From: an uncultured delta proteobacterium
GTDB taxonomy: Bacteria; Desulfobacterota; BSN033; UBA1163
Direction of reading: 5' to 3'
Assembly (NCBI GenBank): GCA_963827685.1
Contig: CAWHBU010000003.1
Span: 512,001 to 576,000, forward strand
Length of the DNA stretch: 64,000 nt
Positions 1-10,045 of the stretch are shown one piece after another; the stretch's first letter is position 1, and every line of letters starts with the position of its first letter. Position numbers and translations under genes: made by a program. The notes under the pieces are model-generated. The model was given only the letters and a program-made list of their open reading frames with translations. It had not been told where the DNA came from and searched no databases.

Positions 1-319
1 TTGAATTCTATCACTTATTTTGCCTTTCAGAAATCTCATCCACCCTCACCTCTTAATTAGTCTGGAGTACTTTCACTCACTGGGTCAGGCATTGCCAACA
101 AGGTATTCTCACGAATTAATCCAACGCTTAAAAATAAAACCATCTCCTTTACTTCTCTTTCTACCCGATAGCCATCTTTCTAAAAATCTCTTTGTCCTTT
201 GATTTACCTCCTCGATTTAGAGAGGATATCATAAAGCGATTCCAATCTAAGGGTAAACAATATTCTGGCACATCGGGGTAAACGATGTGTTGGCGCTTGG
301 CAGATATTAATCATTAAAT

Positions 320-2728
320 TCATGCAAATTGCCAATCAAGCTCTTTTTTTCCGCACCGGCACTTAACTTTCTTGCCCACCTTATCGCCCAATTCTACAGA
401 AACGTATTTCCTGCAATTCGGGCAGAAGAAAAGATCCTCGAATTCGTCTATGTCCTTCATAACCTGCTGAATGTCACCCTTGGATTGGAAGGGTGGGGAA
501 TCATGAGAACTTTTAGCTGTGATTAGCGATAAAGTGACAAGCCTGTCCAGGATGGGAGCACCCTTAATGTTACTTTTTTCTCTGTTTAGCTTGCCTCGGA
601 GCTCACTGAGCATTTCCCCTATCATCCTACGCTCATTAAGACCATCTGGCAAGTACTTCATCTTGACCTCAAGGTTGAATGAAATCTGCTTGAGTACGTG
701 CTCCAGAAGTTTCCTCAGGTCGTTACCGACATCGAACTCATTTACCTTTACTTTGCGCTCAATCTTTTCTCTTATACCTACAATACTATCTCTAAACTGT
801 ATACCATCATCTATGGACCAAGTCACATCGTTAAATAACCATCCTAAAGACTTCATCTCCGCATTAATAAGCTCGTACCAGAACTTCTCATGTGTAAAGA
901 GCAATACTTGATAGTCCTTGAAATGGTCTTGCAGCAGTCTTAGTAAAGGGACCCTGTGGTCACTGTCAAAGCTTGAAATGACATCATCCAAGACAAAGAA
1001 CCTGTTCACCTTGTTGGAAAGCTTTACCGATGCCAAGAAGAGGCAAATGCCCAAACAGTGAAGATGGGACTCACTGAGATATTTGAGAGGAGGCTGTGAA
1101 TCCTTCCCATGGAAAGTTAACTTGAACTCGACACCCTCCTCACCAACAAGGTCAAACCGAATCTTTTCTATTCCCTCCTCTGTGTTCATCTCGCTGTAAA
1201 ACTTATCAACATCAGCAGAGATCGCATTAAGTGCTTTCTGCAGAATCTCCCCCTGAAGCTGTATGAACGAGTCCCTAATCTTGGTGACCGTATCTATCTG
1301 CGCTTCAAAGATATCAAGTTCTTTCGACAATACTTTATTGTCTTTGAAAATCCGATTCGCATTGCCAATAAGGTTAAATACCTGGAATTGAAGCCGTTGG
1401 CTTTCTGTCTCTGCCAGGGCAGTCATCTTCGTCTTTATCTTTGGAAGTAAACCGGCAATCTCGGTCTTCAGGTTACTAAACTGTTCCTCAAACAACTCAG
1501 AGTCCTTCTCAATGATTTCAAGCCGCTCAAATTTCCCTTCCACGTCCTTAATAACTTGATCGAGAGACGTCTGGGCTTTTGAAACCGTATCGTTGACTGC
1601 GTTAAAGTCAGCATCGTCTTCTATCTTGGCACGCGTCACCTCATCGAGTGCCTTTTTGATGCTCCTAAGGTTTAACAGGGCCAAGCTTTTCTTTGAATTC
1701 GCCTCTTGCACTTCTTTGTTGATTTCCTCAAGCTCCTGTAGCCTTTCAGCTATTTCATTGAGAACGCCTATGGAATCAATGCTACTAAGGCATAGGGGGC
1801 AGATGTTTTCACCAACTATCTTGTCCTGTATAACATCCTGCCCTTGCTCAAGAAGCTGCCTAAGACCTATCCTCCTGATTTTCTCCTTGTCTTTTAGCAG
1901 TTCAGCGTATGCCGTGAGAAAACCATCATAGTTTTCAGTCTTTTCAACGTCCTTTTTCAAGCTTTCAAGTGCTTGCTGCAAATCAGAGAGCTTTTGGCTT
2001 CTTTCAAGTTTGATCTTATCTGTCTTTACTTGGATTGTCTCTATACATGCATTAAGTGAAGCCTCATCAGTGACTACAATTCCAAGGTGTAAGGGCTTAA
2101 TCTGGGTGTTGACGATGAGATAAAGGTCTCCTTCGCTTTCTATCGTCTGGCCGATTTTGTCCATCAGGTAAGCATTGTTCTTTTCTATTTGGTCCCTTAC
2201 GCTCCTAAATTTTGAATTCTTTTCAAGAGAATTACAGGCCGATACGAGTGTGCTTCTTATATCACTAACATGGCGGTATCCAATTATGTCGAGTATCTGG
2301 GTGCGCTTTTCTCCCTTGGTGAGTAGCACAAACCTTAGTACATCCCCATACCTGAGGAAGAGCCGTTCTTTTTTGGACTGCTCAAGGTAATCGTTGAACT
2401 CTTGCGTGCCATTGCTGTATTTGCTACGGAATTTGGCATTCAGGGTCTTAATTGAATTAAGGCGGGTATCGCTGAAATCAATTGATAAAAGGATATCTTG
2501 ATTGTCAGGGAAGTGGGTGTTCCTCAGGCATTCCTCCTTGCAGTCCTCCCGCCAAAGGTGCTCTATCTTGTTGAAATAGAACCATTCAAGAGCATCTGTA
2601 ATCGTGCTCTTGCCACCACCGTTGTCTCCGTAAATCGCTACGGAGGCATGGCGATTGGTAAAGTCCATTTCGACAGGTAGTCTGGCTCCCCTGAACCCTT
2701 CAAGTTTAATCTTTCTTAGGCTCACCAT
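320..2728 (-). CDS. Rad50/SMC-like ABC ATPase (AAA_13/RloC-like architecture) with zinc hook and C-terminal Zn-binding extension
   Basis: Walker A GDNGGGKST, long coiled coil with central CPLC hook, signature-like YLSESH, Walker B FVLDDVISSFD, H-loop LFTHE, C-terminal CPNC..CRC. Confidence 0.85.
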   Translation of the reverse strand: MVSLRKIKLEGFRGARLPVEMDFTNRHASVAIYGDNGGGKSTITDALEWFYFNKIEHLWREDCKEECLRNTHFPDNQDILLSIDFSDTRLNSIKTLNAKFRSKYSNGTQEFNDYLEQSKKERLFLRYGDVLRFVLLTKGEKRTQILDIIGYRHVSDIRSTLVSACNSLEKNSKFRSVRDQIEKNNAYLMDKIGQTIESEGDLYLIVNTQIKPLHLGIVVTDEASLNACIETIQVKTDKIKLERSQKLSDLQQALESLKKDVEKTENYDGFLTAYAELLKDKEKIRRIGLRQLLEQGQDVIQDKIVGENICPLCLSSIDSIGVLNEIAERLQELEEINKEVQEANSKKSLALLNLRSIKKALDEVTRAKIEDDADFNAVNDTVSKAQTSLDQVIKDVEGKFERLEIIEKDSELFEEQFSNLKTEIAGLLPKIKTKMTALAETESQRLQFQVFNLIGNANRIFKDNKVLSKELDIFEAQIDTVTKIRDSFIQLQGEILQKALNAISADVDKFYSEMNTEEGIEKIRFDLVGEEGVEFKLTFHGKDSQPPLKYLSESHLHCLGICLFLASVKLSNKVNRFFVLDDVISSFDSDHRVPLLRLLQDHFKDYQVLLFTHEKFWYELINAEMKSLGWLFNDVTWSIDDGIQFRDSIVGIREKIERKVKVNEFDVGNDLRKLLEHVLKQISFNLEVKMKYLPDGLNERRMIGEMLSELRGKLNREKSNIKGAPILDRLVTLSLITAKSSHDSPPFQSKGDIQQVMKDIDEFEDLFFCPNCRKYVSVELGDKVGKKVKCRCGKKELDWQFA

Positions 2729-2915
2729 CTTCTTTTACAGCCGCCTCCCTGATAGACTCAAGCCTTTTTTCTATCGCTACCTTGCTAAAGTTATCTGTCT
2801 TGAAAAGCTCAGACAACGCCTCCCTCGTAGCGCGGTCGAGGCTCTCATCTTTTAGGACTTGTTCGAAGAACTCGTTGACTATCTCCTCACCCGATTTTAT
2901 AATTTCGTCAGTCAA
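2706..2915 (-). CDS. small acidic helical hypothetical protein, overlapping the ATPase start
   Basis: 69-aa ORF, TTG start preceded by purine-rich GAGGTGAAGGG, overlaps ATPase start by 23 nt. Confidence 0.65.
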   Translation of the reverse strand: MTDEIIKSGEEIVNEFFEQVLKDESLDRATREALSELFKTDNFSKVAIEKRLESIREAAVKEDGEPKKD

Positions 2916-3018
2916 TTCCCTTCACCTCAGCCCCGGTCGTGGGGTGTGCTTTCGGCTTTATAAAACTGCCGGAATCGAGGGGACACGTTTAAAACCTGAT
3001 CTGCTATAGTTACCGTTT

Positions 3019-3495
3019 ATGGAGACCAAAAGAGTTACGTTCTCCCGGGCCTACAAGCTAACTGACGCAACCATCAACCCATTGAAAGGCTACGTTGGCC
3101 TGTACCTCATATACCTGGACAACCTCGCCATCCCGTACCCATTTAGGGAGTCGAGGCTTATCTACATCGGCAAAAGCGATTCAAAACAATACAGCATAGG
3201 CAGAAGGCTCAAGGACCACATCTCGGGTGCAGGAAACCCCGGAGTTTACAACTATGCCCAGAAATACCACTTATCCTTCACGTTCGTTAACTTCGAACTC
3301 GTCAAGCCCTTCTGGAAAAACTCAATAGAAGACCTGGAAAATTATTTCATAAACGACTTCCTCAGAAAGTTCGGCAACTATCCCATATGCAACAACAGGA
3401 GCAGCTTCGAAGAAATTAGGCTGCCACCAGAAATCCAGCTCGAAATAGACTGGGGCTTCTTCTCGGCACAAACTCCCTCAGGAAATAGCCGCTAA
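3019..3495 (+). CDS. GIY-YIG superfamily nuclease
   Basis: GLY...IYIGKS...IGRRLKDH, later conserved E (DLEN) and N (PICN). Confidence 0.75.
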   Translation: METKRVTFSRAYKLTDATINPLKGYVGLYLIYLDNLAIPYPFRESRLIYIGKSDSKQYSIGRRLKDHISGAGNPGVYNYAQKYHLSFTFVNFELVKPFWKNSIEDLENYFINDFLRKFGNYPICNNRSSFEEIRLPPEIQLEIDWGFFSAQTPSGNSR

Positions 3496-3723
3496 CTCGG
3501 CCTCCTGTGTTATGAATCCAATCCGTAGACTTACCAAACACCTTGCTAATTTCCAGGAAAATCTCAACAGGTTTGGGGCCTCTTCTCCGATTCTCCTTAA
3601 ATAAAAAATAAATAGATGCTATTTTTCTTTCTTCTGGTCCTCGGCTTTAAGGAACTTCTTTATTTATCTGAAAGGCTACCACGATATTTTGTGTTGTCAA
3701 GGACAAATTGTGAGTCATACGGT

Positions 3724-3770
3724 GGGTAAAGTTATCTTCTTAGCGTTCACCTTTTCCACCAAATTCCACC
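3724..3770 (+). repeat. dispersed repeat copy R1
   Basis: gggtaaagttatcttcttagcgttcaccttttccaccaaattccacc; matches R2-R6. Confidence 0.8.
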
Positions 3771-3886
3771 AAAAGAACTATCCGTATTCTCAAGAGGCTA
3801 ACATTATAGAGCTAACAGCAGAGCCTTTTCAGAACCGTCTAGTTTTCTCCTAACAATCCTCGGAAGAGCCCTAATCAACTGTATAT

Positions 3887-4270
3887 TCAGAACATTCCGT
3901 TGTTATTGGCTGACGATTCCGGAATCTCCTGGATCGTATCCCAGTGTTCGACGATCTTTCCGTTCTCCAGCTTGAATAGATCGAAGATCGCGCGGCCTCG
4001 CGTGCCGGGAATGCGCACCGAGTGCACATGGAGAATGACATAGTCCCCCTCCGCAAAGACCCGCTTGATTTCGCTTCTCGCGTCCGGATAGTTCGACTTT
4101 AGGAACTCAACGAAAACTTTGAGGCCCTCCAGACCCTCTGCCACAAGGGGGTTATGCTGGATATAGCGATCTCCGATGTATCTTGAAGCAAGCTTAAAGT
4201 CCTTCTTATTAATGAGGAAGTTGTAGAATTCTTGAACGGTTTTTTTGTTGGCTTCGAGAGATGGTTGCAC
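3887..4270 (-). CDS. SnoaL/NTF2-like (ester cyclase-type) protein
   Basis: NKKTVQEFY...YIQHNP...AEGDYVILH...DLFKLENGKIVEHWD motif; GGAGGT RBS before GTG. Confidence 0.9.
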   Translation of the reverse strand: MQPSLEANKKTVQEFYNFLINKKDFKLASRYIGDRYIQHNPLVAEGLEGLKVFVEFLKSNYPDARSEIKRVFAEGDYVILHVHSVRIPGTRGRAIFDLFKLENGKIVEHWDTIQEIPESSANNNGMF

Positions 4271-4581
4271 GTCGGCACCTCCTTAGATGATGCGATTGCT
4301 CAGGAGCAAACCTTTTATTCCAAAACATCTCCTGATTGCCCGCCGTTATTCCTGCGTTCATCTCAAAAAATGGTATGTGTCCCTATTTCAGTCAGTCTTT
4401 AAATGAATTGCTATTTCCTGTTTCAGGTATTTTATGTTTTGGTTTTCCGAGATTGGTCTCCCAAAACCAGCAACTTCCAGTGTCAGGTCTACACCTTTCA
4501 CAAAGTTTTATCTTTACACGCCAGTGTGTCAGGCCTCCAAACATGAATCAAGCGAAACCACTTCGGTAAAAGCCCTAATGC

Positions 4582-4719
4582 GGGTTAACTCTATTTTCTT
4601 AGGTTCTCCTTCTCCACCCAGTTCTGGATATGCTCACTTCAAAAATCTGCCCCTAAATATTCGCATCTTCTTCTTAAACCCACCTGTCGGCAATTTGTCC
4701 AATGACACACCCTGACCCC
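4582..4719 (+). repeat. dispersed repeat copy R2, closed by inverted CCCTGACCCC motif
   Basis: gggttaactctattttcttaggttctccttctccacc at 4582-4618; ccctgacccc at ~4710-4719. Confidence 0.65.
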
Positions 4720-4743
4720 ACTTGCTCGACGAGGGTGGAATGT

Positions 4744-5514
4744 TTAACCGGTAAAATGGATATAGAGAACCATTTCGATCGTAGCCACGAGGCTCGCTAA
4801 GGAATGCATGACCATCAAGAGATGAATTGAACCCGTTTTAAGTCGCGCTACTCCCAACAAGATACCAAGAGCAAAAACGGTCGTAATGCCGTAAATGTCG
4901 TACTGTACATGGATGACAGCCCAAAAGAAGGAAGTAATTCCAATCGCTCCTATGGGACCCAATCGGGAGTACCGAATCCCTTGAAAGAGGAACCCACGAA
5001 AGAAAATCTCTTCAAAAATCGGCGCCACAATGATGATCGCGAAAAGAAGGGCCGGAAGAAAGGAAGCGGTTTTATAAGCGTCGACCATAGAAGGGGGAAC
5101 GATCGGACGATGGAGAAGTAAAGTAACCGCATCGGATAGAAATAAAAGTGCTGCCAGAATAAGGAGCCACTTGACCCACTCGCTCGTCAGGGGCTCCTTA
5201 AAACCAATATAATTCTTGATGGAAATATTCTTGCGAAGTTTTGTGAACAAAAGAGTCAGAGGGATGCAAATCAGTCCCGAGACGATCTCGCTTATGGCGA
5301 TACAAAATCCATTGGAGGACAGGCTTTTCGCATAGACCTCCAAATCCAATCCTGGATGCTGGACCTTCGCGAGAGAAACGAAGCCAATCACAGTCAGCAA
5401 TTGAAGGGCACAAAAGAGAGCGAAGATGATCGCCGAAAACCCAAGGGTCGCCCAAAATCCCCAGGGCTTCACTTTAATTTCATCTGATGATAGCGACAAC
5501 TCATTCGACAACAT
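4744..5514 (-). CDS. CPBP/Abi (CAAX) family intramembrane metalloprotease
   Basis: multi-TM; APIFEEIFFRG, FWAVIH, HSLAS motifs. Confidence 0.92.
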   Translation of the reverse strand: MLSNELSLSSDEIKVKPWGFWATLGFSAIIFALFCALQLLTVIGFVSLAKVQHPGLDLEVYAKSLSSNGFCIAISEIVSGLICIPLTLLFTKLRKNISIKNYIGFKEPLTSEWVKWLLILAALLFLSDAVTLLLHRPIVPPSMVDAYKTASFLPALLFAIIIVAPIFEEIFFRGFLFQGIRYSRLGPIGAIGITSFFWAVIHVQYDIYGITTVFALGILLGVARLKTGSIHLLMVMHSLASLVATIEMVLYIHFTG

Positions 5515-5562
5515 GGAATCCTCTCCAGAAAGAGGGCCGTAGGTTCTAAAACATTTTCACCT

Positions 5563-5682
5563 GACGAGGTCTACTTCTTACCGGTTACCTTTTTCACCAA
5601 ATTCCGCCAACATTGAAGACTTGATCCTGTATTCGCTCCACACTTCAACAAAATCTTCTGTCAAGTTTCAAGATCAGGAACC
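5563..5682 (+). repeat. dispersed repeat copy R3 (long form)
   Basis: aligns over ~120 bp with 12841-12967 (caccaaattccgc...atcttctgtcaagtttcaaga). Confidence 0.8.
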
Positions 5683-5887
5683 AGTTATTCATGCCAATTA
5701 ATTTCTGATGTCAAGTTGTTTTAGAAGCGACGTCCCCATCTACTTTTGAAGAAAAAATACCTTTTACAACTTGAACGCTGTTTTCAGTGGGTTGTTTGAC
5801 TCTTCCTGAGCCAGAGATCGTCGATTGTGGAGCCTTTTAGGAGGTCGCAACTGGCCCAGCCATTCCTTACAAGGCAAGGGATCCACC

Positions 5888-7246
5888 TCATTGATCTTCT
5901 GAACCAGCCTGACCCAGTTTTTTCTGCCCGCGGCCAGGCAGTTTTAGTCGCCAAACGCCTAAATAAAGTAGGCCAACGAAGACAAGTCCCATAAATATGA
6001 TCGCAATTCTTCCCCAAAGCCCAAGATGCTTATTGCCGTCAAACGTTGTTATCAACGTGTTGACAGTGGATATAACCGAGAGGAGGGCAAATACAAGTCC
6101 TCCTACGGCAAACCTAAACGTCCTTGTTGCGCTTGCGGAATCCTCAATCCATTTGAACATTTCTTCCAATGCTCCTAATTGGTTTTTGATCTGATCGACT
6201 AACGTATTCATCTCTTCTGCTTTCCAGAATTCCTGCAATTGCTTCATGTACGCTGCTTTCAAGCGCACGTTTATTGGACTGGATTCGACGATAAAAGAGA
6301 TGACGAACATGCGGAAAAGCTTTAGTTGGCCGTAGCCCTCCGCTGCAACCATGGACGCACCGTTCATTCCACTTTGCAGCTTGTGCAGGTCGCAGCGGAG
6401 ATGCTTTTGAATCCAGAGGAAGCCAACAAAGGTCGAAAACCCAATTCCAAGTACCGGCAGATATGAACGATCCAGGGATTTGATTGAGGCATCTTTGTAG
6501 CGGATGCTGATCTCCTCAGACCCCTGGTTTTCGACGAAATCGATGAAATATACATCAAAAAGGATGTCTTCGTAGATTGAGAACATTTTGGGATCTTCAC
6601 GGACGGACTGCTCCGCGCGACGAAAGCTGTCCAATCGACTTCCCGAATGAGACGGAACAAGTTCTCTGTTGTAAGCGATAGCTTGTTTGCATTTCTCGAT
6701 GTCATCAGTGGAACAAAGAAGCGGGCTCAACATCTCGGTGGGAATGCAAGCGAAGATAACATCGGCAATCTCGTTGAAGATAAAGGTCAGCTCCACATAG
6801 TGCTCCTCGACGATTTCTTCCAGTTGAGCCAGACTGAAGAATCTTTTGCCGTCGAAGGAAATTTGCACCATGACCAAGATGACGCCGGTTGGACAAATCC
6901 AAATCAAGTGATCAAATTTGTATCCGTGAGGTGGAAGGGGCAATCGTTTTTCCTGAATGTACGTTGATAAGGCAAATACATCGAACAACTCGGTGTACGT
7001 GATCGTCAGTGGCTTGTCGAGCGGGAAAAACGTCTCTGGATGATAATCCATTTGAGCGATTTGAAAATGAGTTGCACTCTGAGAAATTCGCTGGGAGATC
7101 TGGTCTTTGACTTTGTTCCAGCTACTGGGGTCCCGTGTAGGATATAAGTAGAATGGAATGCTAATGTGGAACCCTGCCATGAAAACAAGACTGTGTTTGC
7201 CTGCGTTTTTATCGTTTGGAAACATCTTCTCATCCGTGAACAACAT
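5888..7246 (-). CDS. hypothetical protein with large soluble N-domain and two C-terminal TM helices
   Basis: 452-aa ORF with GGAGG RBS; helical stretch followed by two hydrophobic segments (CorA-like topology). Confidence 0.7.
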   Translation of the reverse strand: MLFTDEKMFPNDKNAGKHSLVFMAGFHISIPFYLYPTRDPSSWNKVKDQISQRISQSATHFQIAQMDYHPETFFPLDKPLTITYTELFDVFALSTYIQEKRLPLPPHGYKFDHLIWICPTGVILVMVQISFDGKRFFSLAQLEEIVEEHYVELTFIFNEIADVIFACIPTEMLSPLLCSTDDIEKCKQAIAYNRELVPSHSGSRLDSFRRAEQSVREDPKMFSIYEDILFDVYFIDFVENQGSEEISIRYKDASIKSLDRSYLPVLGIGFSTFVGFLWIQKHLRCDLHKLQSGMNGASMVAAEGYGQLKLFRMFVISFIVESSPINVRLKAAYMKQLQEFWKAEEMNTLVDQIKNQLGALEEMFKWIEDSASATRTFRFAVGGLVFALLSVISTVNTLITTFDGNKHLGLWGRIAIIFMGLVFVGLLYLGVWRLKLPGRGQKKLGQAGSEDQ

Positions 7247-7267
7247 TTTGAACCTCCATCGGCGTGT

Positions 7268-8107
7268 TCACTCAGATTGAGCGAGCACGAATCTTGCGAG
7301 AGCAGTAATCAGACGCGAATCCGCCTCGACACGTTTGTTGATATCGGCTAAACCTGGAATCTCAGTACAGGCAGTCCGTGGGATGCCTGAGTGGAAGAGA
7401 AGGTCCTCAAAAGAGCCATCGCGATAGTCAAAAATGATTCCTTCGCGTACAAATCCACCCTCCAGCGGTCCGTCGGGGAAGAAGTCAAAGAACTTAGCTG
7501 CTTCATCTCGCAGGGCGTGAGAAAACAAACCAGGTGTCGGAGAAGTCTCAAACGTGTATAGATAGCATTTTAAGTACTCCATATCTTCGTGCAGTGAAAG
7601 GAAGCCATGACTTGCCAATGATGTGAGCAAGGGCAAGTGCCTTAGCAAGATCTGCCCTTCCCGAGAAGGCGGTGGTTCGTTGGGTCCGCGATGTACAGTT
7701 GGATTGCTATGAAAGAATCCCCGGTTTGGGTCTTCTCCCCAGATATTTGTGCGTATGTGATTACGGAAACCAGTCGGGTTTACCAAAGGCAGGAAAGACA
7801 GGGTCAAGGAATGAAACGATTCTAAGCTGTTCAAGAAACGGGTAATTCCCCAGCATCCAGCTGGTTCGTCGCCGTGAAAGCCTGCGGCAAAGAGAACACG
7901 TGGCCCTCCATTTAGAGTTATCGGTGTGAGGAGCAAAAGCGGGTAGCCCTCGATATCTCCTAAGTTTTGAATTCGCAAACCGCGCCTTGCCGCCAATTCG
8001 CGCAGCCGTTGCATCAGTTTATCGTAATCAAAGGCGTCGCACTTCTCCGTGTCGATCCAAGTACTGCTTTTCGATCTATCTCCAGAAAACCTTTTACCCA
8101 TTTGCAT
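7268..8107 (-). CDS. M14-like Zn peptidase / succinylglutamate desuccinylase-aspartoacylase family
   Basis: GFHGDEPAG, PLVNPTG, DPNRGF, LSLHED, C-terminal TE motif. Confidence 0.85.
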   Translation of the reverse strand: MQMGKRFSGDRSKSSTWIDTEKCDAFDYDKLMQRLRELAARRGLRIQNLGDIEGYPLLLLTPITLNGGPRVLFAAGFHGDEPAGCWGITRFLNSLESFHSLTLSFLPLVNPTGFRNHIRTNIWGEDPNRGFFHSNPTVHRGPNEPPPSREGQILLRHLPLLTSLASHGFLSLHEDMEYLKCYLYTFETSPTPGLFSHALRDEAAKFFDFFPDGPLEGGFVREGIIFDYRDGSFEDLLFHSGIPRTACTEIPGLADINKRVEADSRLITALARFVLAQSE

Positions 8108-8134
8108 TGTGAGTGCATCCTAAAATATATGCTA

Positions 8135-8228
8135 TGTATGATAAGGATTCGCTTTTTAGTGAGTTGAATATACGAAAAACAAAGTTGTATGTCAAGAAAA
8201 AGGACCACAAGATATGCGGTCCTTTCCG
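8135..8228 (-). promoter_or_regulatory. sigma70-type promoter module (TTGACA-N17-TATATT), homologous to 20418-20512
   Basis: -35 at 8190-8195 and -10 at 8167-8172 on minus strand; ~95 bp similarity to the ECH upstream region. Confidence 0.65.
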
Positions 8229-8462
8229 CATTTGTCAATCAAATAATCCTATTGGTTTATCATATCGAATACAGCAATCGACTTACCGATTAGGGGTTGA
8301 AACATTGCATTATAGGGTGAAAATGAAAAATCAAGACTTCAGGAAGAAGTCACCATCACACTTGACAATGTCTGTATAGTCAAATTCTGACTTTCACACA
8401 TGATTAATAAGAAGCGAGGATATCCTTTGAGGTCACTCATACATCATCAAATTCACATCGCA

Positions 8463-8498
8463 GGGGTCAGGCCTATTTTCTTAGCGTTCACCTTTTTC
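8463..8498 (+). repeat. dispersed repeat copy R4
   Basis: ggggtcaggcctattttcttagcgttcacctttttc. Confidence 0.8.
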
Positions 8499-8514
8499 TT
8501 GGATCAAGCTAGAA

Positions 8515-8856
8515 TCAGGGGGATTCCTTACCTTTCCTTGTCTGGCGTGCTTTTTCCATCAACCAGTTGACGAGCGGTTTTAATTTCTCCGGCATGGCTT
8601 CCTCGCTCACTCTCACCGCGTACTGCCGGCCACTTTCTTCCAGCCTTAATTCGTACTGAAAGCGGTCAGGCTGGGGAGACCGCGACACGATCTTCCCGGG
8701 CAAATTAAAGAAGTCAGCTTCCTCAACCAGCTGGCGAAGCTTCAGAGCTTCATCTGGCGCAAGGTCTTTTTTATCAACAGCCGTTTTCATCGTTATGCCG
8801 GCAAAGCCACCGCTTCGTTCAATGGAGATCCGCAAGGTCTTTTCCTCCCCTGGCAT
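8515..8856 (-). CDS. emfourin (protealysin inhibitor), copy 1
   Basis: SGGFAG and PDRFQYEL motifs; immediately downstream of M4 protease. Confidence 0.92.
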   Translation of the reverse strand: MPGEEKTLRISIERSGGFAGITMKTAVDKKDLAPDEALKLRQLVEEADFFNLPGKIVSRSPQPDRFQYELRLEESGRQYAVRVSEEAMPEKLKPLVNWLMEKARQTRKGKESP

Positions 8857-9899
8857 TAAGTTACCCCAACCGCTTTCCAGGCTTTCTGCACCGCTTTCAT
8901 CTCTTTGCTTCCATTACCGTAGAGATCCTTGGCAACACTGATGGTGGTAGACGCAGCACCTGCAAAATTCGACTTACTCCGCAGCCGATCCCGAAGAGCA
9001 ATGTACCAGATCTTTCCTGCCTTCGTCCAGGCATTACCACCGATCTCCATGGCCGCAAGATAGAAGGCATGGTTAGGAATGTCAGAGTTGATATGGACGC
9101 CGCCGTTATCCGAAGTGGTTTGCACGTAACCCTTCATCGTAGCCGGCTGCGGGTCCTTCCCAAGGACGGGATCATCATAGGCTGTCCCGGGCGCCTTCAT
9201 GGAGCGGAGGGCCTTTCCGTGAATTTTGGGCATTAGAAGACCCGCGCCGATCAGCCAGTCGGCTTTGGCCGCTGTTTGTTTGAGGGTCCGTTGTTTCACC
9301 AGAGAGCCGAAGACGTCCGACATGGACTCATTCAATGCCCCTGGCTGGTTGGAATAAGCAAGATTGGCTTCGTACTGGGTCACGCCGTGAGTCAACTCGT
9401 GGCCGATGACATCGATACATTTGGTGAAGCGAGCAAAGATCTCACCGTCTCCATCGCCATACACCATCTCACTGCCGTCCCAGAAGGCGTTGTCATAATT
9501 GACATCGTAATGGACATAGGAGACGATAGACATCCCCCGGTTGTCTATGGAGTTGCGCTGATAGATATCGTAGTAGAGGTCATAGGTGGCGCCTGCTCCA
9601 TCATAGGCTTCGTTGACCGCAACATCCTTTCTGGGGGGATCACCTTCTTTGCGAACCAGAGTGCCCGCAGGAGGCTGCCCGTCTTTGTGCTTGCAATCAT
9701 AGACAGTACGGGATTTATGGCCGACAGGCGCCGCTGACGGAAGGATGCCCAATGCATGGCGTTGCCCTCTGATAAAGCCAGCCGAAGTCAGGTTCCGGAG
9801 AGCCCAATCCCTCTGATGAGGCTTGCCGCGCTTAGCAATCTCTTCCAGCATGTACGGGGGGATGATAGAACGGATTCCTACATATCTGATCGGTCTCAT
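8856..9899 (-). CDS. protealysin-like M4 metalloprotease, copy 1
   Basis: short propeptide with IIPPY, NAFWDG, HELTH, GALNES, GGVHINS. Confidence 0.95.
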   Translation of the reverse strand: MRPIRYVGIRSIIPPYMLEEIAKRGKPHQRDWALRNLTSAGFIRGQRHALGILPSAAPVGHKSRTVYDCKHKDGQPPAGTLVRKEGDPPRKDVAVNEAYDGAGATYDLYYDIYQRNSIDNRGMSIVSYVHYDVNYDNAFWDGSEMVYGDGDGEIFARFTKCIDVIGHELTHGVTQYEANLAYSNQPGALNESMSDVFGSLVKQRTLKQTAAKADWLIGAGLLMPKIHGKALRSMKAPGTAYDDPVLGKDPQPATMKGYVQTTSDNGGVHINSDIPNHAFYLAAMEIGGNAWTKAGKIWYIALRDRLRSKSNFAGAASTTISVAKDLYGNGSKEMKAVQKAWKAVGVT

Positions 9900-10006
9900 G
9901 ATCTTCTCCTTTTTGAAAGGAAATAAAGGTAATTACAGAATATCAAAAAGTATTACGTGTTAGAACTATTTTATTTTCGCTTCTGCTCAGTGCAGAGCCG
10001 TCGGTA

Positions 10007-10045
10007 GGAGGTTAAGTCTATTTTCTTATCGTTCACCTTTGCCAC
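10007..10045 (+). repeat. dispersed repeat copy R5, truncated at IS630 insertion
   Basis: ggaggttaagtctattttcttatcgttcacctttgccac then CTAG/IS end. Confidence 0.8.

Noticed and set aside
1-300. 60-aa ORF at the window start
   Set aside because: No recognisable features or start signals; context lies outside the window.
3488-3516. gccgctaac...gttatga after the GIY-YIG gene as an attC site
   Set aside because: Too short and lacks paired L/R boxes.
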